A stretch of 62,809 nt of DNA, filler included, from 6 parts of 6 records of this genome joined end to end with filler, not necessarily neighbours in it; one strand, 5' to 3'; positions 38,801 through 48,127 are shown, counted from the whole stretch's first letter. A program made the numbers and translations. Notes: generated by a model from the sequence alone, not told the origin.

Positions 38801-39318
38801 GGTCGCTGGCGCTTGCGCTGGAATCTGCCGGCGATGGGCCGCTCAAGGGCCAGGTCGACGTGCGTGAGTTCGTCGTCGTCGACGAACCGCGGCTGGCGTC
38901 GATCGTCTCCAGCAAGCCGGCCGGCGACAATCGCAGCCTCAACCAGGCGGTGCGCAAGGACATCGACACGTCGCGTGTCCGCTTCGAGCGGGGCTTCGCG
39001 CAGATCGACAAACGATCGAAATATCTGGCCCTGGAAAACGGCGTCCTGCGCGGGCCGCTGATCGGCACGACCTTCCAGGGCGTGCTCTACGACCAGCAGG
39101 GCCAGATGAACATGACCGGCACCTTCATGCCGGCCTATGGCCTCAACCGCATCTTCGGCGAGCTGCCGCTCGTCGGCGTCATCCTGGGCAATGGCCGCGA
39201 CCGCGGCCTGATCGGCGTCACCTACAAGCTGTCGGGCGACGCCAATGCGCCCAAGCTGCACGTCAATCCGCTGTCGGTCATCGCACCCGGCATCTTCCGC
39301 GCGATCTTCGAATACTGA
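35866..39318 (+). CDS. AsmA-like/DUF3971 (YhdP-like) envelope protein (alternative start GTG 35914)
   Basis: ~1140 aa with N-terminal TM and beta-rich body. C-terminal GTFMPAYGLN..GLIGVTY..VNPLSVIAPGIFR; located between bcp and tyrS. Confidence 0.85.
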   Translation: MPDLDSSTTETTTGHSVDQEVPRHEKIRFRRDEITDLGAMPSAAGQELPRPRTSVRRRAGHCLLAAVAVLGSLVLLAIIAIEALSYSGFGQDRLRAEAEHAIEGLAGVDVDVSMGQARLTLDGLRLIAVEVPDVKLTRTDGSPMAEAGLMRFGIRLLPLLAGNVRLGNASISDARIVVDAMPAGGGSDWSAALRNQDGLVDPQKLLDETFRGVRRGFDAVQFDAMREIALGNVDFVLPSGGEVKIVRVIDASLAKTRSGELRVTANFDVDGRDVELAAAARRDDGTNRVATLDATVSMSDPFAGKTDIPAAKASRIGSAELTITGQEGVNGDGSELIARGSIGKSTLDLKERGQLVGDVTVDLRLASGENKLDIRKLLVATGRSTFDFAGALGPRPATGNAGDNPAYRFELISRESRLAPDESPEPALNFLARVAGTYDVVSNTLLAEQIGLKSGPGGEALGKASVQFVEGKAPGIFVAFNVHDMSVAHVKQLWPWFSARNARLWVLHNLYGGRVVDGNVQFDVRPDRLGNGVPLNAQEVFGRFEIDGSRFDTAGRIPPIRDARGIVEFHGNDVDVSLSQGTVFMPSGRTVAASNGKLKVVKANVMPVLGSLDIDVEGSADAIAELASYEPINAMRHVGILPEELTGDVIGNVKADIPLTSGIDTSKLDWKVALDYDGLAVAKEFDGQKLSEADGNITVTPDKAVIVAKGKLNGVPAELDLVEPLRDNGIDKERNVQFVLDDKARNALVPGLSDMLSGTIKVDVEQPEPGKRNITADLTAAKLDLPWVGWSKGPGIAAEVSFTMTSDGERSTLSDFSLDGKTFTIKGDVTLANGSLSSARFNQVQLNRGDDVAVNIKRSGKGFAVQVKGNSLDARALIKQFMSDVDSATKSTGSNSISVTANVDTLVGFSGEKLSNVSLEYSGSGSKVGGLQVNAAASSGGLITVSNVLQGGGRRLDVRSADAGAILRFLDVYARMQGGSLALALESAGDGPLKGQVDVREFVVVDEPRLASIVSSKPAGDNRSLNQAVRKDIDTSRVRFERGFAQIDKRSKYLALENGVLRGPLIGTTFQGVLYDQQGQMNMTGTFMPAYGLNRIFGELPLVGVILGNGRDRGLIGVTYKLSGDANAPKLHVNPLSVIAPGIFRAIFEY

Positions 39319-39347
39319 GCGCGCAACGCGGCCCCCATCTCTGGATA

Positions 39348-39378
39348 TGAAAATGGCCGGTAATGCCGGCCATTTTCA
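39348..39378. terminator. Bidirectional terminator
   Basis: TGAAAATGGCCGG-TAATG-CCGGCCATTTTCA between convergent genes. Confidence 0.8.
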
Positions 39379-39399
39379 GTTCCTGCGGGGTGCTGCCGG

Positions 39400-40069
39400 T
39401 TAGGCCGGGCGCACCAGAATGTGCTTCTTCTTGCCGAGCGACAGCTTGACCACGCCTTCCGGCGTCAGGTCGGCCGTCGTCACCGCGCGGCGCTCGTCAT
39501 TGACCGACTGGTCGTTGATGCGTACAGCGCCACCCTGGACGTGACGGCGTGCTTCGCCGTTGGACGCTGCAAGCCCGGCGCGAACGACCAGCGACAGCAG
39601 TCCGATGCCGGCCTTAAGCTCGTCGCCTGGTACCTCTACCGTCGGCAGCGTGTCGGCAAGCGCGCCTTCCTCGAACGTCTTGCGCGCCGTCTCGGCCGCC
39701 TGCTCGGCAGCAGTGCGGCCATGCAGCATCGCGGTCACTTCGGTCGCCAGCACCTTCTTGGCGTCGTTGATCTCCGCGCCGCCGAGAGCTGCCAGGCGCG
39801 CAATCTCGTCGAGCGGCATCGCCGTGTAGAGCTTCAGGAAGCGCTCGACATCGGCGTCCTCGGTGTTGCGCCAATACTGCCAGAAATCATAGGGCGACAA
39901 CATGTCGGCATTGAGCCAGACGGCACCGTTCATCGACTTGCCCATCTTGGCGCCGGAAGAGGTCGTCAGCAACGGCGAGGTCAGGGCGTAGAGCTGCGGC
40001 GTGCCGAGGCGGTGGCCAAGGTCGATGCCGTTGACGATGTTGCCCCACTGGTCGGAGCCGCCCATCTGC
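39400..40069 (-). CDS. tyrS: Tyrosine--tRNA ligase, C-terminal part
   Basis: [16 protein letters not shown] and S4 domain SNGEARR..GKK. Confidence 0.96.
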
Positions 40070-40169
40070 NNNNNNNNNNNNNNNNNNNNNNNNNNNNNNN
40101 NNNNNNNNNNNNNTTAATTAATTAANNNNNNNNNNNNNNNNNNNNNNNNNNNNNNNNNNNNNNNNNNNN
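40070..40169. other. Artificial contig spacer
   Basis: N run with TTAATTAATTAA. Confidence 0.99.
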
Positions 40170-41456
40170 ACCAATCAGGCGCAGCCGCCGCTGTTCCGGC
40201 CGATCTCGACCGATGTGAAGGCCGAGAAGCGTTTCCTCAGCACCATCGCCCGCCGCCTCGATACGCTCGGTGCCATCACCCGTGGGCAGCGCCAGACGGG
40301 CGGGCAGGGCCTGTTTCGGCCCGAGGACAATCTCGAAAGCCTCTATGCCCGCGATGCGCTTCGCCAGCTCTACCTTCTGATCGTGCGTGGCAAGATCGAA
40401 GGCTGCTCATTGCAGCGCTTCGAGGCGGCAACCGGCCTGAAGCTGATGGATAGTAATGGCATCAAAGATGATCTGCCGCCAATCACCACCTTCCTGAATA
40501 GGCTCCTGGCCTTGACCATCGAGATGCAGGGCATCCTCTTCGCGGCCTTCGAACAGCTTCTCGAAGCGCGGATCGACGGGGCCATGGCATCGGGCACATA
40601 TGACCTCGGCTTGGAGACCCTGCGCGCCGAAAGCTTCCGCGTCACCGACCGACAGGTGATTTACACCCACCCGACCACCGGCGCAGAAACCCGTCTTCTC
40701 TCCATCACGGAACGCCGCCGCAACCGGCCACGGCTGCTGGACGATGCGCTCGCCGAACTTGACGACCCGCGCGCCTGCCTGATGATCAACACCCGCTCGC
40801 GCCGGGCAGCAGTGCAGGTGCCGACCACCAGCCTGATGCTGGATGATGGCGAGATCGAACGGCGGGTACGGCTGATCCGGCCCACAGAGAGCCAGAACAT
40901 TGCCAGCCGGCTGATGGGCGGCACACAATGGGTCGAGACGGATCGCCCGGCCTTTGTCGCGGCTTGGAATGTCGAAGTGGCCGAAGTGCCGGAGTTCACC
41001 GACAGCACTCTGCACGTCGTCTCGGGTCTGCTCCTGCCGGTCTGGAAGCGCCTGCCCCAGGATGAAACCCGCGTTTACCGCCTGCAGACCGATGACGGCG
41101 AGCGGATCATCGGACGGAGGGTTTCGCCCGCTTGGGCCGCGACGGCCACTGGGGCAGGGGTGCCAAACCTTTCTGCTGAACAGGCCTACGCCGAGTTGAT
41201 TGGAGGAAAGACTATTCTCGACCTGACTGAGAGCCTGCAGCTGCGCCGATCCCGCGTTATGGGGGTGAACCGGATCGAGTTGACCGGGTTCTCCGAAGGT
41301 ATGCGCGAGCGGCTTCGGGCCTATGGCCTCTTCAGCGAGATCATCTCGTGGAAACTGCGCTTCTTCGTGCCGGTTGGGCATGATGGCACGGGAGTGCTTG
41401 CCAAGCTCTTCAACCTCTGGCCTATCTCCCGCATTTCTGAGCGTGAGGTTGCCTGA
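40170..41456 (+). CDS. Strawberry-notch family helicase/methylase, C-terminal part
   Basis: TNQAQPPLFR..EKRFLSTIARRLDTLGA.TRGQR, FLNRLLAL, GLLLPVW and IISWKLRFFVP, typical of plasmid/ICE copies. Confidence 0.85.
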   Translation, partial: TNQAQPPLFRPISTDVKAEKRFLSTIARRLDTLGAITRGQRQTGGQGLFRPEDNLESLYARDALRQLYLLIVRGKIEGCSLQRFEAATGLKLMDSNGIKDDLPPITTFLNRLLALTIEMQGILFAAFEQLLEARIDGAMASGTYDLGLETLRAESFRVTDRQVIYTHPTTGAETRLLSITERRRNRPRLLDDALAELDDPRACLMINTRSRRAAVQVPTTSLMLDDGEIERRVRLIRPTESQNIASRLMGGTQWVETDRPAFVAAWNVEVAEVPEFTDSTLHVVSGLLLPVWKRLPQDETRVYRLQTDDGERIIGRRVSPAWAATATGAGVPNLSAEQAYAELIGGKTILDLTESLQLRRSRVMGVNRIELTGFSEGMRERLRAYGLFSEIISWKLRFFVPVGHDGTGVLAKLFNLWPISRISEREVA

Positions 41457-42520
41457 TGTCCCGTATTGATGCCGCAGATTTGGCGCAACGCCTTGGCCAG
41501 CAGGCCGAGGCGGTCTGCCGGACCTATCTTTCCAACGGACGCAGACAGGGCAACTATTGGCAGGTCGGCGATGTCCGCAACACGGCGGGGCGCTCGATGT
41601 TCGTGCGCCTCACCGGCCCCGCTTCGGGCAAAGGTGCCGCTGGCAAATGGCAGGATCCGTCCGAAGGAACTCACGGTGACCTCCTCGACGTCATCCGCGA
41701 AAGCCTTGGGCTCAGCGACTTCGCCGACGTGCTCGAGGAAGCCCGCCGCTTCCTCAGCCTGCCGCAGTGGGAACCGGTGCCAAACACCCCAACTCCGAAA
41801 CTCGCACACGCGCCTTCAGGATCGTCGGAAGCGGCACGGCGGCTCCTTAGCATGTCCTGTCCGCTCAAAGGCTCGCTGGCGGCAACCTATTTGCGGTCAC
41901 GCGGCATCACCGATCTCCGCGACACCGGCACCCTGAGGTTCCACCCGAACTGCTACTATCGGGGGCAGGGCGAGGATCAGACCGAGACCTGGCCGGCCAT
42001 GATCGCTGCCGTCACCAACCTCGCAGGCAAAGTCACCGGGGTTCACCGCACGTGGCTCGCGCGCGATGGTGGCTCAAAGGCACCTGTCGACACACAGCGG
42101 AAGGCGATGGGGTATTTGCTCGGCCACTCGGTCCGGTTCGGGGTGGCCAAAGAGGTCATGGCAGCGGGGGAGGGCATCGAGACCGTGCTCTCCCTCCGTC
42201 AGACCCTGCCCAAAATGCCGATGGTTGCAGCGCTCTCGGCCGGACACCTCGCAGCCCTCCTCTTTCCGGCACATCTGCGTAGGCTCTATATCGTCCGTGA
42301 CAACGATCCGGCGGGTGACGGTGCGAGAGATAGCTTGGTCGCCCGGGCGCACGAGGTCGGGATCGAGGCGATCACGCTCTCGCCCATGTTGGGGGATTTC
42401 AACGATGATCTCATCACCCGCGGTCTGGATGCACTTCGGGCGCATATCCGGGTGCAACTCGCGCCGGAGGACGTCAGCCGTTTCATGGCGCAGGATCATG
42501 TGACCCGTCAAAGCGGGTGA
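41456..42520 (+). CDS. Toprim-domain (primase-like) protein
   Basis: GDLLD, YLRSRGI, GVHRTWL, GEGIET, RDND.AG and GDFNDD motifs; start overlaps the upstream stop. Confidence 0.87.
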   Translation: MSRIDAADLAQRLGQQAEAVCRTYLSNGRRQGNYWQVGDVRNTAGRSMFVRLTGPASGKGAAGKWQDPSEGTHGDLLDVIRESLGLSDFADVLEEARRFLSLPQWEPVPNTPTPKLAHAPSGSSEAARRLLSMSCPLKGSLAATYLRSRGITDLRDTGTLRFHPNCYYRGQGEDQTETWPAMIAAVTNLAGKVTGVHRTWLARDGGSKAPVDTQRKAMGYLLGHSVRFGVAKEVMAAGEGIETVLSLRQTLPKMPMVAALSAGHLAALLFPAHLRRLYIVRDNDPAGDGARDSLVARAHEVGIEAITLSPMLGDFNDDLITRGLDALRAHIRVQLAPEDVSRFMAQDHVTRQSG

Positions 42521-42572
42521 TCGCAGAAGTTCGACTCCAGCATAGCCATACGAGGCTGCAGTTCCATCAGCG

Positions 42573-42790
42573 GGACCGCGCCTCGGCCTTCTAGAGGGCG
42601 AGCGGCCCACAAGCGGTCCGGTCAGGCAATGGCGGCGCCCGACTATTTTCCGCCGGCGGCAGAGCCGCCTTTGCATCGCGAGGCAAAATAGCCGGGCTTG
42701 GCCATCGAGGCCCTCGCAAAAGGCTCGGGCTGCCAGACCGGACCGCTTGTCGGCTTTTCGTCGCCATGAAGGCCGCGACGGTCGCGGTCC
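42573..42790. repeat. ~220-nt nested inverted-repeat structure
   Basis: Paired arms 42573-42580/42783-42790, 42585-42591/42768-42774, 42609-42628/42731-42750 (19 of 20) and 42629-42649/42685-42705. Confidence 0.8.
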
Positions 42791-42807
42791 AGACGATGGA
42801 GCATCCC

Positions 42808-43605
42808 ATGTACGCCAATGACGAATTCGAACCTGATCACACCTCCTCACCGACGGACACCATGATCCAGGACCTGTCGCTCTATGGCTACCGTCCCGCA
42901 GCGGGCGAGGCCGATCCCCGGATCACACCCGAAGACCAGGTCATCCAGACCGCCGTCGCCGACATCTTCGACGCTCTGATTTCCACCATGGCCGACACCA
43001 GCCTCGATTTCGACCTCGACGAGATCCTCTGGTCGACCGTCAACACCTTTCACCGCGCCGCCGAGCGGATCGAGACCAAGCTCGACGATAACGAGCAAGC
43101 GCAGAAACGCCTTCAGCGCGAACAGGATGGCTCCGAGGTGAAATCCGTCCAGCTTGAAACCCTGATCGACATTGGCCAGGGCCTGATCGACCGGCGTGAG
43201 AGCATGGAACTCTTCCGCGAAACCGCTGCTGACCTCTTCCTCAAGGCCACAGGCACTCACTGGTCACCGCGTTCGGGTTCGCGCACCAGCCATCGCCACC
43301 TGACCGCCGCGATGATCGACAGCCGCGACTTCATCGCCGCCAAGAAACGCGCAGAGACCGAGAGCCTGGTGCCCCCGGGGCCAAAAGTTGCCTTCTCGGG
43401 CGGCGACACCACCGACCACCGGCTGATCTGGGATCGTCTCGATCAGATCCACGCCAAGCATCCCGACATGGTGCTGTTGCACGGTGGATCACCCAAGGGC
43501 GCCGAGCGCATCGCGGCCACCTGGGCCTCCAACCGCAAAGTTCCACAAGTCGCCTTCAAGCCGGACTGGACAAAACACGCCAAGGCCGCACCCTTCAAGC
43601 GCAAC
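42808..43605 (+). CDS. DUF2493 (SLOG/YspA-like) domain protein, 3'-truncated
   Basis: KVAFSGG, LLHGGSPKGAERIA and FKPDW..AAPFKRN motifs; GGAG RBS before ATG 42808. Confidence 0.82.
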
Positions 43606-43705
43606 NNNNNNNNNNNNNNNNNNNNNNNNNNNNNNNNNNNNNNNNNNNNTTAATTAATTAANNNNNNNNNNNNNNNNNNNNNNNNNNNNNNNNNNNNNNN
43701 NNNNN
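43606..43705. other. Artificial contig spacer
   Basis: N run with TTAATTAATTAA. Confidence 0.99.
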
Positions 43706-44057
43706 GCGAAGCGTCGCGGGTCAGCGTCCAGGTGGCGACGGTTGTCAGCATGTCGACTTCACCCGACTGCAGGGCGGTGAAGCGCTGCTGGGGGCTGAGC
43801 GGCACGAACTTTTCCTTGGCGGCGTCGCCAAGCACCGCCGCCGAGACGGCGCGACAGAAATCGGTGGTCAGGCCGGTCCACTGGCCCGAGCTGTCGGCAA
43901 TCGAGAAGCCGCCGATGCCGGTGGAAACACCGCACACGACTTCACCGCGCTGGCGGATGGCGTCGATGGTGGCGCCTGCCTGTGCCGGCGCGCTTGCGCC
44001 GGCAGCAGCCGCCAGAAGCATGGCAGCAGCCAGCCTGTTGTTGAGCAGGTTGTTCAT
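43706..44057 (-). CDS. General L-amino acid ABC substrate-binding protein (AapJ/BztA-like), 3'-truncated
   Basis: Signal peptide, RG.V.CGV, DFCRAV.AA, RFTALQSGEVD and TWTLTRD motifs. Confidence 0.88.
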
Positions 44058-44199
44058 TGGATCTCCCTCCCTTGGTACTCCGGCTTGCCCTTGGCCACTG
44101 TGGCCAAGGGTTGCGGAGAGTTGCCGCCGCCCCCCTTGGACGGCGTGCTCCGGTTCGACCGGTATGAGACGGCGCGCTTCGACCGGGCGCGCCGGACTT

Positions 44200-45465
44200 T
44201 CAGGTGACGGCGCGGCGCCTGTTGAATCGCTCTTCACGCCAGCTGCCAGATGTCATCACGTCGTTGAAGGCATCGGCGGCGCGGTAGACGTCGGCGAAGC
44301 TGAGATAGGCCGGCGCAAAGCCGAAACGCATCATGTCGGGCGCGCGGAAATCGCCGACGATGCCGCGCGCCATCAGTGCCTGTACGACCGCGTAGCCATT
44401 TTCGAAGGTGATCGAGACCTGGCTGCCGCGGATGGCGTGGTCGCGCGGGGTGACGATGGTGGCGCCGTGGTCGCGACAGGTTTGCTCGACCAGGTCGATG
44501 AACAGGTCCGACATCGCCAGGCTCTTGGCGCGAATGTCGACCATGGCGACGTCTTCGATGGCGGCAAGACCGGTATTGAGCGCGCGCAGTGACAGGATCG
44601 GCTGGGTGCCGCACAACAGACGCCGCGCGCCATTGTCCGGGCGATAGCCGACCTCGAAGGCAAACGGCGCGGCATGGCCCCACCAGCCCGAAAGCGGCTG
44701 GCGCAGCGTCGCCTGGTGGCGCTTGGCTGCATAGATGAAGGCAGGCGCACCAGGACCGCAGTTCAGGTACTTGTAGGTGCAGCCGATGGCCAGATCGACA
44801 TCGCAGGCGTCAAGCTCAACGGCGATGACGCCGGCGCTGTGGCAAAGATCCCAGACCGCAATGGCGCCGGCGGCGTGGATGCGGCTGGTGAGGGCGGCCA
44901 TGTCGCGCAGCTCGCCGGACTTGTAGTCGACATGGTTGACCAGGACGACGGCGGTGCGCTCGTCGATCAGCTCCTCGATGTTGTCGGCATCGACGCCCTC
45001 AAGCAGGAGCTTGATATCAGGGCGGCCGGCGATGACGCCTTCTGCGACATAGAGATCGGTCGGGAAGCTGCCGGCCTCGGCCACGATGGTGGTGCGGCCC
45101 GTGCGCAGCGACAGGCCGGCGTGGAGCGCCTTGTACACGTTGATCGAAACCGAGTCGCAGGCAACGGTCTGTCCGGGGGCGGCACCGACCAGCGCGCCGA
45201 TGCGGTCGCCCAGCGTGTCGACAAGCGAGAACCAGTCGGCATCGTTCCAGCTCTGGACGAGACCTTCGGCCCATTCCTTGCGCACGGCGGCCTCGATGTC
45301 GTCGAATGCGGCCACGGGCGCTGGGCCGAGCGAATTGCCGGCGAGATAGACCTTGCCCTGCGGAAGATGGAAGCGCGCCTGCAAATGGCGCAGCGGATCG
45401 GCCGCGTCGCGCTGCTCGATCTCAAGCGGCACACTTGCCACCTTCACGGATACTGCCTGGTTCAT
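44200..45465 (-). CDS. kynU: Kynureninase (PLP-dependent)
   Basis: YLAGNSLG, FPTDLY, WDLCHSAG, GCTYKYLNCGPG, GWWGH, RGSQVS and GDFRAPD motifs. Confidence 0.92.
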   Translation of the reverse strand: MNQAVSVKVASVPLEIEQRDAADPLRHLQARFHLPQGKVYLAGNSLGPAPVAAFDDIEAAVRKEWAEGLVQSWNDADWFSLVDTLGDRIGALVGAAPGQTVACDSVSINVYKALHAGLSLRTGRTTIVAEAGSFPTDLYVAEGVIAGRPDIKLLLEGVDADNIEELIDERTAVVLVNHVDYKSGELRDMAALTSRIHAAGAIAVWDLCHSAGVIAVELDACDVDLAIGCTYKYLNCGPGAPAFIYAAKRHQATLRQPLSGWWGHAAPFAFEVGYRPDNGARRLLCGTQPILSLRALNTGLAAIEDVAMVDIRAKSLAMSDLFIDLVEQTCRDHGATIVTPRDHAIRGSQVSITFENGYAVVQALMARGIVGDFRAPDMMRFGFAPAYLSFADVYRAADAFNDVMTSGSWREERFNRRRAVT

Positions 45466-45490
45466 CGTGCCTCTGCTGTCGTCGCCATGA

Positions 45491-45592
45491 GTTTCGTATA
45501 TGCGAAACCTATCAGCTTCGATCATTCTTCCGATTATCGAAGCTGTCAATAGATATATATAATTCGACTTCCACTGCGGTGTTATATATAAC
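45491..45592. promoter_or_regulatory. AT-rich divergent kynU/gntR control region
   Basis: Palindromes GTTTCG-N6-CGAAAC (45491-45508), CAGCTTCGAT..ATCGAAGCTG (45513-45545) and GTTATATATAAC (45581-45592). Minus-strand TTGACA at 45544-45549. Confidence 0.6.
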
Positions 45593-45617
45593 TATCCAGA
45601 TTATATGAGGGGGACGC

Positions 45618-46343
45618 ATGGACGAGACAGAGGTCGGCACCAAGACGGAATTCGCGTATCGCACTTTGCGCCAGGAGATTCTGGAAACCCGACTGATGCC
45701 GGGCACGCCGCTGAAGCTTGGCGCGATGCGAGACGCCTACGGCATTGGCTGGACGCCGCTGCGCGAGGCGCTGTCGCGGCTGGAGGCCGAATATCTCGTC
45801 ATCTCGAGCGCCAACAAGGGCTACACCGTCGCGCCGGTCTCGCTCGAAGAGCTGACCGATCTGACCAATGCACGCCGGCTGATCGAACTGCCCATGCTGG
45901 CGGACTCCATCGCCAATGGCGATGAGGCGTGGGAGACAGCGCTGGTGGCGGCGCATTTCCGCCTGTCGCGGTGCAAGCCCCCGGTGGAGAATCCGCAAGA
46001 GCAGGTCATCAGCGACTGGAAGGAGCGTCACGAGGCGTTTCACCTGGCACTGCTTTCGGCAAGCAAGTCGCAATGGCTGATGCGGTTCTACATGCAGATC
46101 AAGGATCAACTGCGCCGGCATCATCGCATTCTGGCAATTACGCCCGGCCTTGCTGCGTCGAAAGGGCCGGAATGGCGCGAAAGCACCACCTACCAGGCGC
46201 TGCGCGATGCGCTGGCGCTCGAGCCGCATACCGAGCTGATGAACGCGGCGCTTGATCACGATATCGACCGCGCAGTCTCCTTGCTCGGCGCCCATATCGA
46301 ACTGACCAAGCAGGTCTACGTGGCGGTCGATTTCACCGGCTGA
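45618..46343 (+). CDS. GntR/FadR-family regulator with FCD domain
   Basis: TPLREALSRL..NKGY.V HTH; HEAFH..H FCD motifs. Confidence 0.9.
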   Translation: MDETEVGTKTEFAYRTLRQEILETRLMPGTPLKLGAMRDAYGIGWTPLREALSRLEAEYLVISSANKGYTVAPVSLEELTDLTNARRLIELPMLADSIANGDEAWETALVAAHFRLSRCKPPVENPQEQVISDWKERHEAFHLALLSASKSQWLMRFYMQIKDQLRRHHRILAITPGLAASKGPEWRESTTYQALRDALALEPHTELMNAALDHDIDRAVSLLGAHIELTKQVYVAVDFTG

Positions 46344-46447
46344 TCCCGATGCCGGCAGTTGGCCGAAACCTTGGCGTGCGCGTCTTTTGTCGCGCCCGAA
46401 GCCGACACTGTGACGACAACAGGCATACACATTCTTCGAGGACGCCC

Positions 46448-48127
46448 ATGGCCACCGCTTCTTCCAATTGCAGTCCGACGCTTGTGCTGCTCAACGGCAG
46501 GGTCGTCGCTGACGACGGCATTCACGCGGCTGTGGCGATTGCCGGTCAGCGCATTGCCGCACTTGGCACATCGGCGGAAATTGCAGCGCTGGCAAAGACT
46601 GATACCGAGATCATCGATCTGGCCGGACGAACCGTCGTTGCCGGTTTTGTCGACGGCCACGCCCATATGGATCGCGAAGGCCTCAAGAGCACGCTGCCGT
46701 CGCTTTCGGGGTGCCGGTCGATCGAGGACATCGTCGACAAGATCGCTGCAATAGCCGGTAGCAAAAAGCCGGGTGAGTGGATCGTGACCATGCCGATTGG
46801 CGAGCCGCCAAGCTATGAGGATGTGCTGTCGGGCATTGCCGAAGGCCGCTTTCCCGATCGCTGGGATCTCGATCGCGCGGCCCCCGACAATCCGGTCTAT
46901 ATCCGCTCGATCTGGGGCTATTGGCGCTCGACCTTGCCACTGGTCTCGATCGCCAACAGCGCCGCGCTCAAGCTGGCCGGCATCGACGCGGCGACAGTTG
47001 CGCCGAGCGGTTCGATCGAGATCTGCCGCGACGATGCGACTGGCGAGCCGAACGGCATTTTCATCGAGACCAACAAGATGCCTGTCGTCGAGCTGTCGCT
47101 GATGCGGCAGGCGCCGCATTTCAGCCCGGCCGAGCGCGTGACGGCACTCGCTGCCTCGATGCAGGCCTATAACCGTGCCGGCACGACGAGCGTGTTCGAG
47201 GGGCACGGTGTCGCCTCGGAGGTGCTCGACGCTTATCGCGATGTTCGGGCGACGGGCCGGCAGACCGTGCGCGCCGCGATGATCTTCAGCCCGGCATGGG
47301 GTTCGACCTCGCCGGAAGACTGCCGTGCGCTGCTGAAATCATGGGGCCATTGGCTGGCCGGCCGTGGCCTTGGCGACAAGTGGCTCGCCATGTCCGGCCT
47401 GTATGGCGAGATCGACAATTCGGTCGAGCGCGAGCTGCGCAGCGCGGCCTTCCCGCAGACCGGTTGGGCGGGCTTTCACTACAATTCGTCGTTGCCGCGC
47501 GAAGCGCTGAAGACGGTCCTCGTCGAGGCGGCCCGCAATGGCATCCGCGCCGTCGGCATCCTGCCGAACATGCTCGACCTGTTCGCCGAGGTCGATGATA
47601 TCGCACCGATCTCCGATCAGCGTTGGGTGCTCGGCCACATCGTCAGCCTGACACCGGACCAGGTCAAGCAGGTCGCCGGCCTGGGCCTCGCCGTCACCAC
47701 CCATCTCAGCGCCTATCTCTACAAGCGCGGCAGCGAACTGGTCGAAAAACTGGGCCGCGAGCGCGCCGGCGAGATCGTGCCGCTGCGCTCGCTGCGCGAC
47801 GCCGGCGTGCCGATCTCGTTTGGCAGCGACAACGTCCCGCTCAGCCTGTTCCATTCCATCGCGCATGCCGTCAACCGACGCGACCGGCTAGGCGCGCTGA
47901 TCGCGCCCGAGCAGGCGCTGACGCGCGCGGAGGCGCTTGAATGCGCAGCACTTGGCGGTGCGGCACTGACCTTCGAGGAGGCGGAAAAGGGCAGCATCAC
48001 GGTTGGCAAGCTGGCCGATCTTGCCGTGCTGTCGGCCGATCCGCTGAGCTGTGCTGCCGAGATGCTTTCTCAGATCGGCTCGGAATTGACGGTGGTCGAC
48101 GGCCGCATCGTCCACCGCCAACTGTGA
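46448..48127 (+). CDS. Amidohydrolase family 3 (YtcJ/NfdA-like)
   Basis: GFVDGHAH, ANSAAL..AGI, FGSD and KGSI.VGKLADLAVL motifs; GAGGA RBS. Confidence 0.88.
   Translation: MATASSNCSPTLVLLNGRVVADDGIHAAVAIAGQRIAALGTSAEIAALAKTDTEIIDLAGRTVVAGFVDGHAHMDREGLKSTLPSLSGCRSIEDIVDKIAAIAGSKKPGEWIVTMPIGEPPSYEDVLSGIAEGRFPDRWDLDRAAPDNPVYIRSIWGYWRSTLPLVSIANSAALKLAGIDAATVAPSGSIEICRDDATGEPNGIFIETNKMPVVELSLMRQAPHFSPAERVTALAASMQAYNRAGTTSVFEGHGVASEVLDAYRDVRATGRQTVRAAMIFSPAWGSTSPEDCRALLKSWGHWLAGRGLGDKWLAMSGLYGEIDNSVERELRSAAFPQTGWAGFHYNSSLPREALKTVLVEAARNGIRAVGILPNMLDLFAEVDDIAPISDQRWVLGHIVSLTPDQVKQVAGLGLAVTTHLSAYLYKRGSELVEKLGRERAGEIVPLRSLRDAGVPISFGSDNVPLSLFHSIAHAVNRRDRLGALIAPEQALTRAEALECAALGGAALTFEEAEKGSITVGKLADLAVLSADPLSCAAEMLSQIGSELTVVDGRIVHRQL

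Larger units (their letters stand above)
40170..43605. mobile_element. Fragment of an alphaproteobacterial conjugative plasmid/ICE backbone
   Basis: Gene order strawberry-notch, toprim, structured spacer, DUF2493 is characteristic of such elements. No relaxase or integrase is present in the contig. Confidence 0.75.
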
